Source: Squalus acanthias
Taxonomy: Eukaryota
Length of the DNA stretch: 64,000 bases
Direction of reading: 5' to 3'
NCBI GenBank assembly: GCA_030390025.1
Contig: CM059432.1
Span: 117,678,001-117,742,000, forward strand
In this document: piece by piece, positions 38,284 through 50,942 of the stretch
Position numbering within the stretch: position 1 is the stretch's first letter
How the letters are laid out: each line of letters opens with the position of its first letter
Notes under the pieces: model-generated
Seen by the model: the letters and a program-made list of their open reading frames with translations, nothing else
Told to the model about the DNA's origin: nothing
The model's database searches: none
Translations under genes and position numbers: made by a program

Positions 38284-39869
38284 AAAGTCCCTGCGCCAGT
38301 GCCTGGCATCCTTTTAAATTTTCTATCTCCTGATGTTTGATGAAGTTCCACTTATAGCTGCGTTGATTTTCAGTTGATAGGTTTTCATGCAAGTGGCATT
38401 ATTCTCTTAAATTCCAGTTTATTAATGTTCACCAACTACATTTATTGCCTCTCCCAGTATCTTGATTTTGCACTGTATTAGATGATACATGGCTGTCCAT
38501 CTCTTCCATTTTGAGCAATGTGACCTTTCAAAACCAGATCTTTACTGGAGTAAATCTTGGATAGTATTTGCCATGTAAAATATGGATATCGATCAACAAA
38601 CAGCAGAACAAACAGATTTTTCTCCTTTGCTCATGTAACAGATTATTCAACAATTTGGCACCTCCCGTGGGGAGTGGCGGTTACAGGGAGCGCATCTGGG
38701 GATGTTGCAGGCATGCATGCCCACGATTGCCAAAGATGCATCGCTCCCCAATGGATGAAGTGTGGGTGGGTGTGAGAGTTTATTCCTCACAACCTGAGAG
38801 TACAAAATGCTTCCGCAAAGCACTTTTTCAGAATCTGTTGCAAACCTCTATTGACAATGCTTTGTACACTTCACGGGCTTTCCCCTACAACGTGAGTGTC
38901 AGAAAACTCAGCTTAGTTATACTATACTATCACCTGTAAATGATTCTGCCAGGAACACTAGATACTCAATTGATCTGCCCTAACTGCTTGGTCCTGCCAA
39001 TGCGTCAGTGTTACTGATCCCTTCAGGCCTGCCATACTGCTGTGTGTTGGTGCTTCCTCTGCTAATTCTCCATTTCTCATCCTGTAAATCCTACCACAAT
39101 CGATATTTCGATAGCTTTTCCTACCAGTCACAAATGAAAACCACTAGATATACCTGTGAGAGTTTAATGAATGTTTCGGTAATCTTCTGTTTTGTTTGAG
39201 CCCTTGAGTCCTAATTTCCGTATCCATGTTACTCATCGTTAGAGCAACTCACGAGCAGCTTGGCAATCAACTGGAAACTTCTGCCGTGGAACTGTCCCTG
39301 AGTCAAACACCATATCAGCTCAAATTCATCAAGAAACTCTAATAAATGCAAAGCCTCTGGAAGCGATTGCCAAGTAGAGATTTAAGAAATGTTTTACATC
39401 TTTACTATAATTCACTGTAAACAATTAGTTCCACAAAACTAATGTTAAATATACCTCCCAGAATCGCCTCTAGATCCTTGTGCTTTGAGGAACATATGAG
39501 CCAGCAGTAAGGCTTCTTTATACTGGATAAGAAATATGTAATTGGTGGACAAAGGACTACCCAGTAGAAAAATAATGGCCTAGAAATTGGACAATGCCCG
39601 AAAACAGATGGGGGCACCAGCCAGCGTTATTTGCCTGCGCCCATTCTAAGTAGGGCAGGCAGCACGCAGAATTCGTGCTGGCTGCTCATTAACATGATTG
39701 GAGCGCTGATCTCAGCGCTAAACACGCTGCTGGTTGGTTTAGCACTCAACGAGGGGGCCAATATCGGGTGCAGTCCGATGGCCAGTAAAATTTGGCCGAG
39801 GCGCTCTGCACTACTTAAAGGGGAGGTGCTTTGTTGCAGAAGCACCTCATTGTCAGGTGAGAAGAAACA

Positions 39870-41713
39870 ATGGCCAAGAGCAAGAGCCAGACATTTTTCC
39901 GATGCTACACTGGAGGCCTTGGTCCTGGGGGTGGAACAACGGCAGGCTGTCCTTTACCCACAGGGAGGAAAGAGGCCATCGAAGCTCATCACCAGAAGGA
40001 TTTGGGAGGGGATCGCACAATCCATCACGGCCACCAGTGTTGTCCCAAGGACATGGATCCAGTGCTGCAAAAAGTTTAATGACCTCACACGGCTGGTCAA
40101 GGTGAGTGAAGGCTTCAGCAAATGCCATATCCCACCATCTCCACCACAAGCCTCACACACTACTCAATGCACCACACCCCCATCACTCACCTACCAACAA
40201 TCTCTAGCTATCACCACTCATACCTCACAATCATGGATTCACTTCACCCTAACACACTTACCACCACTGCAACACTCACACCCACATCTCACGCCTTGCA
40301 CACACTGACAGCTAATCAACCGTGACAGGTACATCACCCAAGCACATTGCACCACACTCACTGACACACTTCTCTTTCTCTTGCAGGCAAAGGTGGCGCA
40401 CAACAGATGTGAGCAACAACAGACCAGAGGCAGCCAAGCCAGGATTGAAACCCTGATCGACCTCGAGGAATCCAGCTTTGAAATTATTGGAGGGTGAGTA
40501 ACAGAGTCCGTGGCCAGTGGAGAAGTTGAAACCATTGCTGCTGATGATGGTATGGTCATATCTAATTCTTCTTCTCATATTCCACTTCCCCCTCATCCCA
40601 CAATCCCTTCTCACTTACAAGCAGCTGACGGTGGATGCATGGATATCTTGCTTTCCTCCCCGCCCTGCCTCATCACAACCCGACCCTTGTGCCTTTCTGC
40701 TTTCAGATACCCAAGAACTGTCACCAGCACAGCTAGTCCCTCATCATCTTCAGCAAACTGACAGAGGACAAGAAGAAGAAGAGGAGGAAGAGGAGGCACT
40801 AGCAGTGCATCTGACACTCGCAGACACCAGCTCAGAAAATGGCACTGTACAGACTTTAGAGGGTAGTATAGAGGCGGGATCTGCACATGGTGAGTCACCA
40901 AGCACGAGTCGGCTGCAGCCTGGCCAGGGGGAAAGGGTAGCTTGGGTGCCAGCTCCCCGGAGGGCGAGTTCGTGCACAAATTCTGCTGCACAGGACTCAG
41001 ATGAGGACCTCGATGGGGCGATCTTCAGAAGAAGGGTGATGGGCATGCACACTGAAATGCTATGTGCAATGGCAAGCCTCTTGTCAGTATCAAGGAGCGT
41101 GGAGGAGTCTGGCTCCAACATTGCACTGGGCTTTGCACAGAGCTTGGAGCCTGTGATTTCCAGGATGGAAATGACGGACAACTCAAGGAGGTACCTTGTG
41201 GATCCACGATGATTCTGGGTGTGATGGCCGATATTGAAGCTTCTTGCACAGGTGGAAACAAACCAACGTTTCACTGCTGCAGTGGAGGCTCAGACTGCTG
41301 CCATCATCACTGGGTTTACGAGTCTCAAAAGGGGCTGGCAGGGTTTTGGAGCAGGCAAGCAATCAGTCCTCCAACAGAGTGCTAGGAATGTTGAGGCGCC
41401 GCCCCAGGGGAATGGCAGTGGGTCAGTGGAGCAAGAATCTGCTGTCCTCTATCAAAATGACAGCATTCCTACTCCCACCACTGCCACTCTGCTAGGGCCC
41501 TTACTGTTGCCGGTCAGCCAGCCAGCCTGGACTGCTGTCGCCCATGCCGAGGTGGTGCAGTCTACAGCCAGGCCTTCTAGGCCCAGAGCTACTCGAGGTC
41601 GTCCTGCAAGGTCATCTGTAGTCTCCTCCATGGAAATGCAGCAGCCTTCCTCCAGCCATGCTGCAGCCATGGAGCATTAGAGTAGGTAAAGGCACATGAA
41701 AGACAGACACTAA
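39870..41713 (+). pseudogene. Myb/SANT-like gene (exons about 39870-40101, 40387-40549 and 40707 to about 41713)
   Basis: HFSDATLEALV...WEGIAQSI...RTWIQCCKKFNDLTRLVK; canonical GT-AG sites; in-frame TGA in exon 2, disrupted start and a disrupted exon 3. Confidence 0.9.
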
Positions 41714-41905
41714 GGGAATGCACAAGCGTGAATAGTTGAGATTGCCAGTGTGATTGGATTATGATAAAATTATAAATTTTGTTTGGAATGTATGTTTTGT
41801 GGTGGCTCTCATTTCAGTTTTGTGACCAGGAGGATGCTGTGATGCTCCGTGACAGAGGGATGGTATGATTGGAAAATGGTGAGCAACGGGGACCTGGGGT
41901 TTCAT

Positions 41906-43065
41906 TTAGTTGAATCGGAGTCTGTAAAGACGCTCACAGACAGCCCGTCCAGAATGGGATTTGCTGCCAGCCTCCTCCCTTCCTCCTCCTCCTCCTCCTA
42001 CTCCTCTTCCTCTTCCTCTCCTCCTCCTTCTCCTCCTCCTGAAGTGGCCCCGCAACCCCTGGCAGTAAGGGCTGCGCCCTCATGATGGCCAAGTTGTGAA
42101 GCATGCAGCTGTCGACCACAAAATGGGACACTCACTCCGGTGTGTACTGGAGGGCTTCTCCCAAGCAGTCAAGGCAGTGGAACCATTGCTTGAGCACCCA
42201 ATGGTCTGCTTGATGATGTTCCTGGTTCTCATTATGAGTGCTGACCACAAGTGGCGGAGTTGCATAGGAGAATCATCAGCCAGGTGCAGAGCGGATAGCT
42301 CTTGTCTCTGAGCAGCCACCCTCGGGTTCGATGTGGTGGCTGGAAGATTGCTGGCACACCAGACTGATACAGGATGAAGGCATCATGACTGCTGCTAGGA
42401 TACCGGGCATTCACCATTATGATGCATTGGGCATGTTCCCACAACAACTACACATTAATTGAGTGGTAGCCTTTGTGGTTACAGAACATCTAAGCATTGT
42501 TACATGGTGCTCGCAAAACCACGTGTGTGCAATCGATGGCGCCCTGCACCATGGGGAAACCTGATTTCCTGGAACAGCCATATGCGCAATCATCCTTCTT
42601 CTCTCTGTTCAGAGAGAAGAAAATTAAATCACTTCTCCTGGAGTACAGAGCCTCTGTGACCTCCCGAATGCAGCAATGGACAGCAAACTGGGAGATGTTA
42701 GCTATGTCTCCTGCTCCAGACTGGAAGGATCCACTGGCGAAGAAATTGAGGGCCACGGTGACCTTGATGGCCACTGGGAGAGCCATGGTCACCCTGCTCT
42801 GAATCTGCAAGTCTGGTTGCAGGAGGTAGCAGAGTTCTGTGACCACCTCCTTGGTGAAGTGGAGCCTTCTAATACACTGCTCCTGGCTTAAGTGGAGGTA
42901 GGAGAAGTGCCCTCAGAAGACCTTAGGTGGGTAAAGCCTCCTGCTGAGAGCCCTCCTGCTCCTCCTCCTCCTCCTTCTGCGAGCATCTTGTCCTCTTCTT
43001 TGCTGCCTCCGCTCCCTCACCCGAAGATACTCAGGCCTGAGGGGGACTGCCAGTAGAATCCCCAT
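41906..43065 (-). pseudogene. PIF/Harbinger DDE transposase, frameshifted
   Basis: [59 protein letters not shown] and an acidic tail. Confidence 0.93.
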
Positions 43066-44711
43066 GACTGGGAGCAAGTGGTGTGAGCAGAAACCTTCAA
43101 ATGAGAAGCAAGACCTTCTCCACTTGCAGCAACACTGCCTCTGACCTCAGCAACTTTAACCAACTCTAGAAGGCTCCAAGAGTTGCAGAAACTTAGACAG
43201 AGCCAGTAGAACTGAAAAAGCATGTCATCTGCAATGTGTTGATGATGACCCCTTTAAATAGCACTGCTGGGGGCTCCTTCCTGCTGCTGAACACTTGCTT
43301 AGCTGCTCGTGATTAGGAGAGGGTGGTAAGTGGAGCGGTGACAGCGACAATGGCAGATTGTGCGTCAAATCAGTGTTACATACGCATTGATGTCACGATC
43401 TGCTTCATTTCCATTTCTGCACCGAATGCAGGCAACAGCAACGCTGCTGACCTGCCCAAAATGGCGGCCACCACGGGACCTGCTGGAAATGGGTGGGAGC
43501 GAGTCGGACGCCATTTTTTCTTCAAAATGCACCTTACTGGTTGGCGCTGAACCCCTGAATTTCGAGGCCAATGTTTGCTGTAATAACATTTTTTTTTAAA
43601 GATTTCACAATAAAGAAGCGACAATCTCTTCGGTATCGCTAATATTAACAACTTCAAAACAATAAGTACACACGCAAGGGCAGGTGACCCAAACCCAGGA
43701 CCAGGCTTTCTCCAGACCTTAAACAGTAATATTCTTTGATAATGTGAGGCATCAACAGTGATCACAACCTCCATATGTACAAACAAGGGTGAGGGTAGCT
43801 TGAGTTACAGGGGCAACCTTTGGGAGGGATGAGGGAGACATCCCCCCAACAATATTTCTGCATGGGTTATGTGCCCCTTTACCCTCCCTGTTTTAAATCC
43901 CAAAATATGTCTAATGCCTCTCTCAATTCTTGATATGCGGTGGTGCCTTTGGCTGGAGTCTATGCATTATGAGTGAACTTTCCACCACATACACTAAGGT
44001 GGCAGGAATAATGGTGCCTGGGCTTTGGGTATGCCCAACCTCCGCATATCGGATCATTGAGATTCATTACATACACAGAACAAGCTCCCAGTGTAAATGG
44101 AGCCTATTGCTGGGAGCTTTGACAGTGGTGAGAGGGAGGGGTAAGGATTTGTTTTGCACTGTTAAGCTGCAACTTAAAGGGCTGCAGCAAGCAATTAAAG
44201 GTAAGTAAACTTTAACTAGAAATAAAGGTGAAAATCAAGCTGAAATTGTGATGGAGCAAAGGCAAAATAAAATATGCTCAATTTTTAAACTCAGATGTGG
44301 AGCTGCTGCTGCATAAGGGGCACCAAAAGATGATTTGTCACTTGTTTGTTACTGCAGGCCACCCTCCCACATGAAGTGCAGAGTACCTCAGAGGAGCTGC
44401 CAACCAGAGTTAATGCCAACAGCATTGTACACTACACATAGAGCCAGATGAGTAAGAAGCTTTCAGGCATCAACAAATCTGCCCAGGCAAGGCTCCCAAC
44501 CTTCTCTATATCAATCAGATGGCCAAAGTTTGCATGCCACAAAGAATTTCTTCTCTACCTGTTACAGTGACTGTGGCTGCATACAAAGCACTCAGATGGC
44601 TTTGCAGTTCTTTCATTGCTCAGCAGTTATGCTCAAACTGTAGCAGGGTACAAATCAAAGCTGAAAATTACAAATGGAAACCCTGTTGCATTTACATCTT
44701 TAAAGAAGAGG

Positions 44712-45115
44712 AACATAGAACAGGAGTAGGCCATTCAGCCCCTCGAGCCTGGTCCACCCTTCAATGAGATTATGGCTGATCTGCGACCTAACTCCATATA
44801 CCCACCTTTGCCCCATATCCCTCAATACCTTTGGTTAACAAAAACCTATCAATCTCCGATTTAAAATTAACAATTTATCTAGCATCAATTGCCATTTGCG
44901 GAAGACAGTTCCAAACTTCTACCACCCTTTGTGTGTAGAAGTGTTTCCTAATTTCACTCCTGAAAGGTCTGGCTCTAATTTTTAGACTATGCCCCCTAGT
45001 CCTAGAATCCACAACCAGCGAAATACTTTCTCTCTATCTACCCTATCTGTTCCCCTTAATATCTTGACAACTTCGATCAGATCACCCCATAACCCTCTAA
45101 ATTCTAGGGAATAAA
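44712..45115 (-). mobile_element. CR1 3' end
   Basis: Closely matches 11755-12170. Confidence 0.85.
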
Positions 45116-45134
45116 ACCCTAAATTCTAGGGAAT

Positions 45135-45599
45135 GTGCCCTGAAAAATGCCTCCCAGCGGAAGCGATCTGTATGAAGCATGTGCCTTTACTCACACATGA
45201 GCAGGAGCACTCCTCCTCCCGGCTCCACATTGAGGTAAGTATTTTTAACAAACTTACCTTTTTAGTGCCGGCGTGCAGCGGTCCTTTTAAGGACTGCTTG
45301 TTGGGCCACCTGTAGACCTGGTTTTCCTGAATGCAGCCAATGCTGACACCGGCTGCCTCAGGGCAAAGCAATATTGCAGAGGGGGGCATGAATAGGCATT
45401 AAGCCCCTTATTAGCATATGCAAAAGTTCTAACGCCTGTTTCAGGTGCAGGCCCACAACACTTTTTTTGCCTATACCAATATGGCGGGCGGCGAACATCC
45501 AGGTCGTATTGTGTGTGCGCTTCCTGCACGCCATAGTGGAGGCTTAGGCACCCGCTTAGCACTTGAAAATGGGCACGCACCATTTAATTTTATAGGCCC
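45135..45599. mobile_element. Truncated MITE-like fragment
   Basis: The right end aattttataggccc resembles the TIR family; CpG-rich; left end missing. Confidence 0.45.
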
Positions 45600-46061
45600 A
45601 GGTGTTTAACCAGATAAACTGTGCAGCTTACAAGTACAGGGCACTGGCAGGCTTTGCCTTGTTTGTCCAGCTAGGACCAGACATTAGGGCATTGACTTCC
45701 AGGGTTAACTGGAGCCAAGTGGCAAGAATCCGGCCACCAGTAACAGGTCTACCTCCCCAATTAGCAACTGGTGAATCACCAAAGCTGCCATGGAGTACTG
45801 TGGCCTTGTCTTATTCAGGTATTGGGTAAGCTACCACGGATTAACTTTGATTTGAACGTTCGTCATCAGGTGTGTCATAGTGAAGCCACCTGAACCTTTA
45901 AGACATCCCCCTTACCCATCTAATAGTCATTACTTGGTGCAACTCTAGAAATAAAAAGAGGAACATGTGTTAGAATGGCTACAAATAGTGATTACATGGC
46001 AATATACTGATTGAGTGTCTACTGGTGTCAGAGTGAATAAGCAGGGGAAGAAGAAATAAGA

Positions 46062-46258
46062 CAAAAGCAAAATACAGCGGATGCTGGAAATCTGAAATAA
46101 AAACAGAAAATGCTGGAAATACTCAACAGGTCAGGCCGCATCTGTAGAGAGAGAAACAGAGTTAACGTTTCAGGTCGATGATCGACCTGAAACGTTAACT
46201 CTGTTTCTCTCTCTACAGATGCTGCCTGACCTGCTGAGTATTTCCAGCATTTTCTGTT
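46062..46258. repeat. Penelope pseudo-LTR fold-back palindrome (78-bp arms)
   Basis: 46102-46179 is the reverse complement of 46181-46258 with 2 mismatches. Flanked by aagaagaaataaga / aagaaaaaataaga, a probable 14-bp TSD. Confidence 0.9.
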
Positions 46259-46280
46259 AAGAAAAAATAAGAGCAAGATT

Positions 46281-47321
46281 ATATATCAGGTGAGAAACAA
46301 GCTTAAGGCCGGCTTGCCTGTTTCTTCTCTGAGCTCTGCTGGTGTTACCAGCTGACCCGATCGGGAATTGGCTCCTATAAAAAAAAGAGACTAAAAAAGT
46401 AATACATCTCGAAATCTAAACTTATACTAACAGCAATATCAAATTACCAACAAAAATGCCAAGCCATGCAATTCTGCAAAATGCAGTTATTAAGTTTAAA
46501 TCACAAAGGATTACCCAGCAGTTTTATAAATTATTCTCATTCCTTGGTGACTCTTGGAAGAAACAATTGCTTGCAGATGCATGAACTGTAAACGAGAATG
46601 TTGCCAAAGAACTATATCGCTGCAGTTTGTTAAGATCTACTGCCAGTTATATCAAATTTGTCTTATTATTGATTACCTGACCTAACCAACATTCTCTGCT
46701 GCCAGACTAGAAAGGTAAGGTGAGAGAATGAGAGACAACACATCAACAAGCTTTGACAGCACAGATGGTGCGTGAGCAGTCCTCGTTAAACGGAACATTT
46801 GCCTGGGACATCTGCGCCATGTAATTTCACAGGGCCGCTTACGCCGGGTTTGCGGCACTGAGCCGAGACTTGCACCCACCGATGCTTTGCAATGCTGACC
46901 CCATCAGAATTACTGGGGTCAGTTCCTATTAATATCTGTTGGTGGTTCTCTAGTCTAAAGTTCGGTGTAAAATGAGAGTACTGTGCTGGGAGTACTTGGA
47001 AATTAGTGTGCAGCCTTGAAAAAGCCAAGTATGGGGAAGTGCTTGGCTTTAATGAGTTGACTGTCACGTTGCTGGACTGATAGCTCATGTGTGACTTTGT
47101 GCCACTTTTAAAACATGTCTTCCCCTGGAGGACCAGGCAGAGGGGCAGCTGCAGCAGGAGAAAGAGCATTGCAATGAGGCAGAACAGAAGAGCTTCGGCT
47201 TCCAGATGTATTACTTTTTTAGTCTGTTATTGTACAGGAGACAATTCCCGATCAGGTCAGCTGGTAGCACTTGGAGAAGAAATGGGCAAGCCGGCCTTAA
47301 GCTGGTTTCTCACGTGATGTA
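46281..47321. repeat. Inverted repeat of about 120-130 bp (46281-46409 and 47204-47321) enclosing about 800 bp
   Basis: gtgagaaacaagcttaaggccggcttgcc...gactaaaaaagtaatacatct pairs with agatgtattacttttttagtc...ggcaagccggccttaagctggtttctcac. Confidence 0.85.
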
Positions 47322-47899
47322 CAGAGAAAGTGCCTTTTTAGACCCAGGCCCTGCTTTATTGTAGGGAATGAACTCACGCCATTAAGGCCCAGGAATTATT
47401 CTACTGCACGTGCAGAATTTGGTGTCATAATTTCTCAGGCTTTTCTGTGGAAATGCACTGAAGTCAGTGAGCATCCATTGCTGCTCGGTGCTTTGAAGCA
47501 GCAGCAGGGGCTATGTGCCAAATATTAAAAACTGGACACTGGAAAGGACAGCTCAGCCATTTTGATGAGTGCACGTTTATAGGTGAGTGCCTTTCGTACC
47601 TTCAGATGTTTGTTTTCCTTAAGTCATTGGATTTGTATTGCAGGTGTTTGATTTCATGGAGATCTGGGTTAGCATTAAATCTAATTTGCATTTTTCCAAT
47701 TTTTGGGGGTAATCGTGCTTTTGAGATTTATTGGCAGCTACAATTAAGAAGTGGCTGCAACCACAGTTAAGAATGTAGGAAACCTACCGCTGGTGTTCTG
47801 CCTGTGTACTTGCTCATTCTGGAAGAAAGGAGGGATGTGTGTTTGCACCTGAGGCGGACTGCCTGCACTTGTCCTTACCCAATCACCCATGTCTACACA

Positions 47900-48116
47900 G
47901 TACAACACAGACATGTCTAATAATGAGAACAGCCTTCAGGGCCTACACTTCACCAAGGTAGCAATCACAGAATTACACTGTCTCTTTGAGTCAGACCTTC
48001 CTGCTAGTTCCATGATGGGGCTGGGTTTACAGGTGGCTGTCAAAGTGATTACTGCCTTGAACTTTTATGCTGCTGCATTTTCCCCAGAAGCAGCAGGGGA
48101 TATATGCCAAATATAA
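47900..48116 (+). pseudogene. Old Harbinger transposase N-terminal fragment
   Basis: LHFTKVAITEL...VAVKVITALNFYA...AGDICQI aligns with ORF 42490..42846. Confidence 0.75.
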
Positions 48117-48359
48117 TTGCAGCTGCCAACTCGCCTCTCAGTCAGAAGGACTTGAGCACATAATCTAGGTTCACTCTTCAGCATATGTGACAACCTGCAA
48201 AACTTGGAAAAGCTGACGCAGCCCCGAAAAAGCTGACAACTCAAATAACGACATGCAATTGGAAAACACCCTCGAATAGAGGCCTGTGACCAAGGCCACT
48301 GCTTCAAGTCGAATGAACAAGTTACATTCCTTCTCATTACATTGGACTTCAGGATTCTT

Positions 48360-49870
48360 ATTAGTGTTGTAGGGCTGGAGCAGGTTACACAGGTAGGGAG
48401 GTCGCAGTCATAAAGGGATTTAAACATGAGGATGAGAATTTAAAATTTGAAGCATTGGGGGACTGGGAGAAAATGTAGGTCAATGAGGACAGGGATGATG
48501 GGTGAGTAGGACTTGACGTGGGGTAGGGTACAGGCAGAAGAGCTTTGGATGAGCTGAAGTTTACCGTAGGTGGAGGATGGGGAGCCAGCCAGGGGAGCAC
48601 TGGAATAGTTGAGTCTGGAGGCAACAAAGACATGGATCAGGGTTTCAGCTGCTGATGGGCTGAGGTAGGGGTGGAGCAGGGGCAGACCGGCTCACCTGAA
48701 ATGGCGCGGATTATTTTGAATTCGCAATGAAAAAAGGGACACCAATAATTGAAATTAAAAGAGTCAGTGAACGGGTCAAGGGAGGTTGTGGAGAGGTAGA
48801 ATTGCATGTCATCAATGTACATGATAAAGCTGACATCATGGCCTAGAAATTCGCGTGGCCGGCTTGCCGCGGGGGTAAGGATCGCGCGCGATATCACACA
48901 CCGCGCCTGCCGTTGTGTTTTGGGCCCACAGGAACTTCGGGTCCTGGGCCTCTCCCAAGAGCCAGCGCGCAGTGCGTGCGTGTCCCAGGGGCGCAGTTAG
49001 TGCGATGCGACTCCTGGGATCACGTGGGCCATGGAGAGCCAATGGCAGCAGACCATCTTTCATTCATAGATTTGACAGGAGACCTGTCAAATCTGTGAAT
49101 TGAAATCGGCCCCAAAAGAACAGCTAAACTTAAAATAAATTTAAAAAAAACATCACATTTATAAAATAACTATAGTTAAATAAATTAAGCAATTTTTGAA
49201 AAAATTAAAATACTTTTTAAAAGTTATAAAAATAAACTTACCTTTCTTTAAAGTATCTAAAAAAGATAAACCTGTTGAAAAAAAATTATTATACTTAATT
49301 AACTACTTACCTTGTTCAAAAGGGGTCTTACACCTCCTTTTTATTAGCGTAGAATCTTCAATACTTACCCTCGCGTAGAAACCTGAAAAAAAATCTAACT
49401 TTGCTGCATGCGCGCAGCCTCTAGCGCGCACGCGGTTCACCTAAGAACCGCCCCCTTCACCATACCGGAAGTTCCGGTTTCCCGCGCATGCGCAGTGCAT
49501 GCAGGAAACCGGCACTTCGGAAAGCAATATGGGTGAGTACTCACTGAGTACTCACCCGGGAACGGCCGAATTTTTGGGCCCATGTCTGTAGATAATGTCC
49601 CCAAGGGGCAAAAAGTAGATCATGAAAAGCAGAGGGCAAAGGATAGATCCTTTGGGGACTCTAGAGGTAACAGTGCAGGAGTCATTGCTGGAGATGCTCT
49701 GCCTACGACTGATTATGTAAGAGTGGTACCAAGTGGAATGAAGTGAGGGCAGTCCCAATGAGCTGGACAATGGAGGAGAGGCATTGGAAGAACATATCAG
49801 AGGCTGCAGAGAGGTTAAGGAGGATGAAGAAAGATAACACACTATGGTCGCAGTCATAGAAGATATCATT
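48360..49870 (-). mobile_element. Old L2-type RT fragment split by a MITE
   Basis: VPKGSILCPLLF.IY.LPLGDII joins HDVSFIMYIDDMQFYLS across the MITE. Confidence 0.8.
48840..49580 (-). mobile_element. MITE family A copy 2 (inverted)
   Basis: TIRs ggcctagaaatt / aatttttgggcc; CAT TSD. Confidence 0.93.
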
Positions 49871-49929
49871 TATGCACCAGTCAGTATTTTCTAAGTCTGG
49901 AGAAAGCAGATCAATTCAATTTTTTTCAC

Positions 49930-50270
49930 CATTCTTCAGGATGTGTGCGTCACTGGAAAGGTTGGTATGTACTGCCCATTCCTAGTTGCCCTTGAGAAAG
50001 TAGTGGGCCTTCAACTCAATCTGCTGCAGTCAATGAGGTAAAGTTAATCCCACAATGAAGGAATGGTGATATATGCCCAAGTGGATGGTATGTGTCTTGA
50101 AGGGGAACTTGGAGATGATGGAGTTCCCATGCTGCTGCTGCTCTTGTCCTTGGAAGTGGTGGAGGATGTGGGTTTGGGAGGTCCTGCTGAAGAAACCTTG
50201 GTAACTTGCTGCAGTGCATCCTGTAGATAGCACACACTGCAGTCACGGTACGTTGGTGGTGGAGGGAGTA
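49930..50270 (-). mobile_element. Degenerate 3' fragment of the second LINE family
   Basis: ORF 50016..50246 resembles the end of 14633..15481. Confidence 0.75.
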
Positions 50271-50271
50271 A

Positions 50272-50942
50272 GGGCTAGAAGTTCCCCTCGAGCCCCATTT
50301 GGGGTGCTAAATCAGCAAAGCTGGAAAAGTTAGCGCCAGGCGCTAACCTCTTCCCACCTTTCTAAAATTCCCACTTTTTGCTCCAAGAGGGAAGTGGAGC
50401 GCTAAGTCAAGTGCTGCACTTCCTTCTTGGAGCACAAGAGGGGGGGAAGTTCGTGACCTGGGGCGCACGACTCAGCAGCGCCATGCACTGGGCCGCATGG
50501 CGCTGACGCATTGCACGGGTTCTTCCCTGAATCAAGCAGAGTGCCGGGCTGACCGATCACGGCACGGACCCCGCGCCTAGAGCAAAAAAAAACATTTTTC
50601 AAAAAAGCTGACATTTTTTTCAGGGCGGCCGGCCACCTTACCTTTAACTTCCGCCCCGCTAGCTGCCCTGCTCGCGTCCCCTGCAGCAGTCGCTGCCATC
50701 GCCTGGCGCCGCTGCAGGGGGCGAAGGGAATTTTTCTGCCGGGGCGCTACCGTGGCGATACGCCTGGAGATGACGTCATGATCTCCAGGCGCATGAGATC
50801 GGGGCGCAACCCGGTAGCTCTGCCGCTAACCTCCCGCGGAATTTGGCGGGAGGCGCAGTCAGCGCCGCGGCCAGGCGAAAAGGCCTTTGCGCTCAGTTAG
50901 CGCCCCCTCACAGGAGACGCAAAGGAGGGGAATTTCTCCCCC
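50272..50942. mobile_element. CpG-rich Harbinger-type MITE
   Basis: 17-bp imperfect TIRs gggctagaagttcccct / aggggaatttctccccc; ttagcgcc repeats; no clean TSD. Confidence 0.8.

Larger units (their letters stand above)
39577..43569. mobile_element. Full-length (about 4.0 kb), uninterrupted PIF/Harbinger element 3
   Basis: 12-bp TIRs ggcctagaaatt / aatttcgaggcc, AAT TSD, convergent Myb and transposase genes. Confidence 0.95.
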
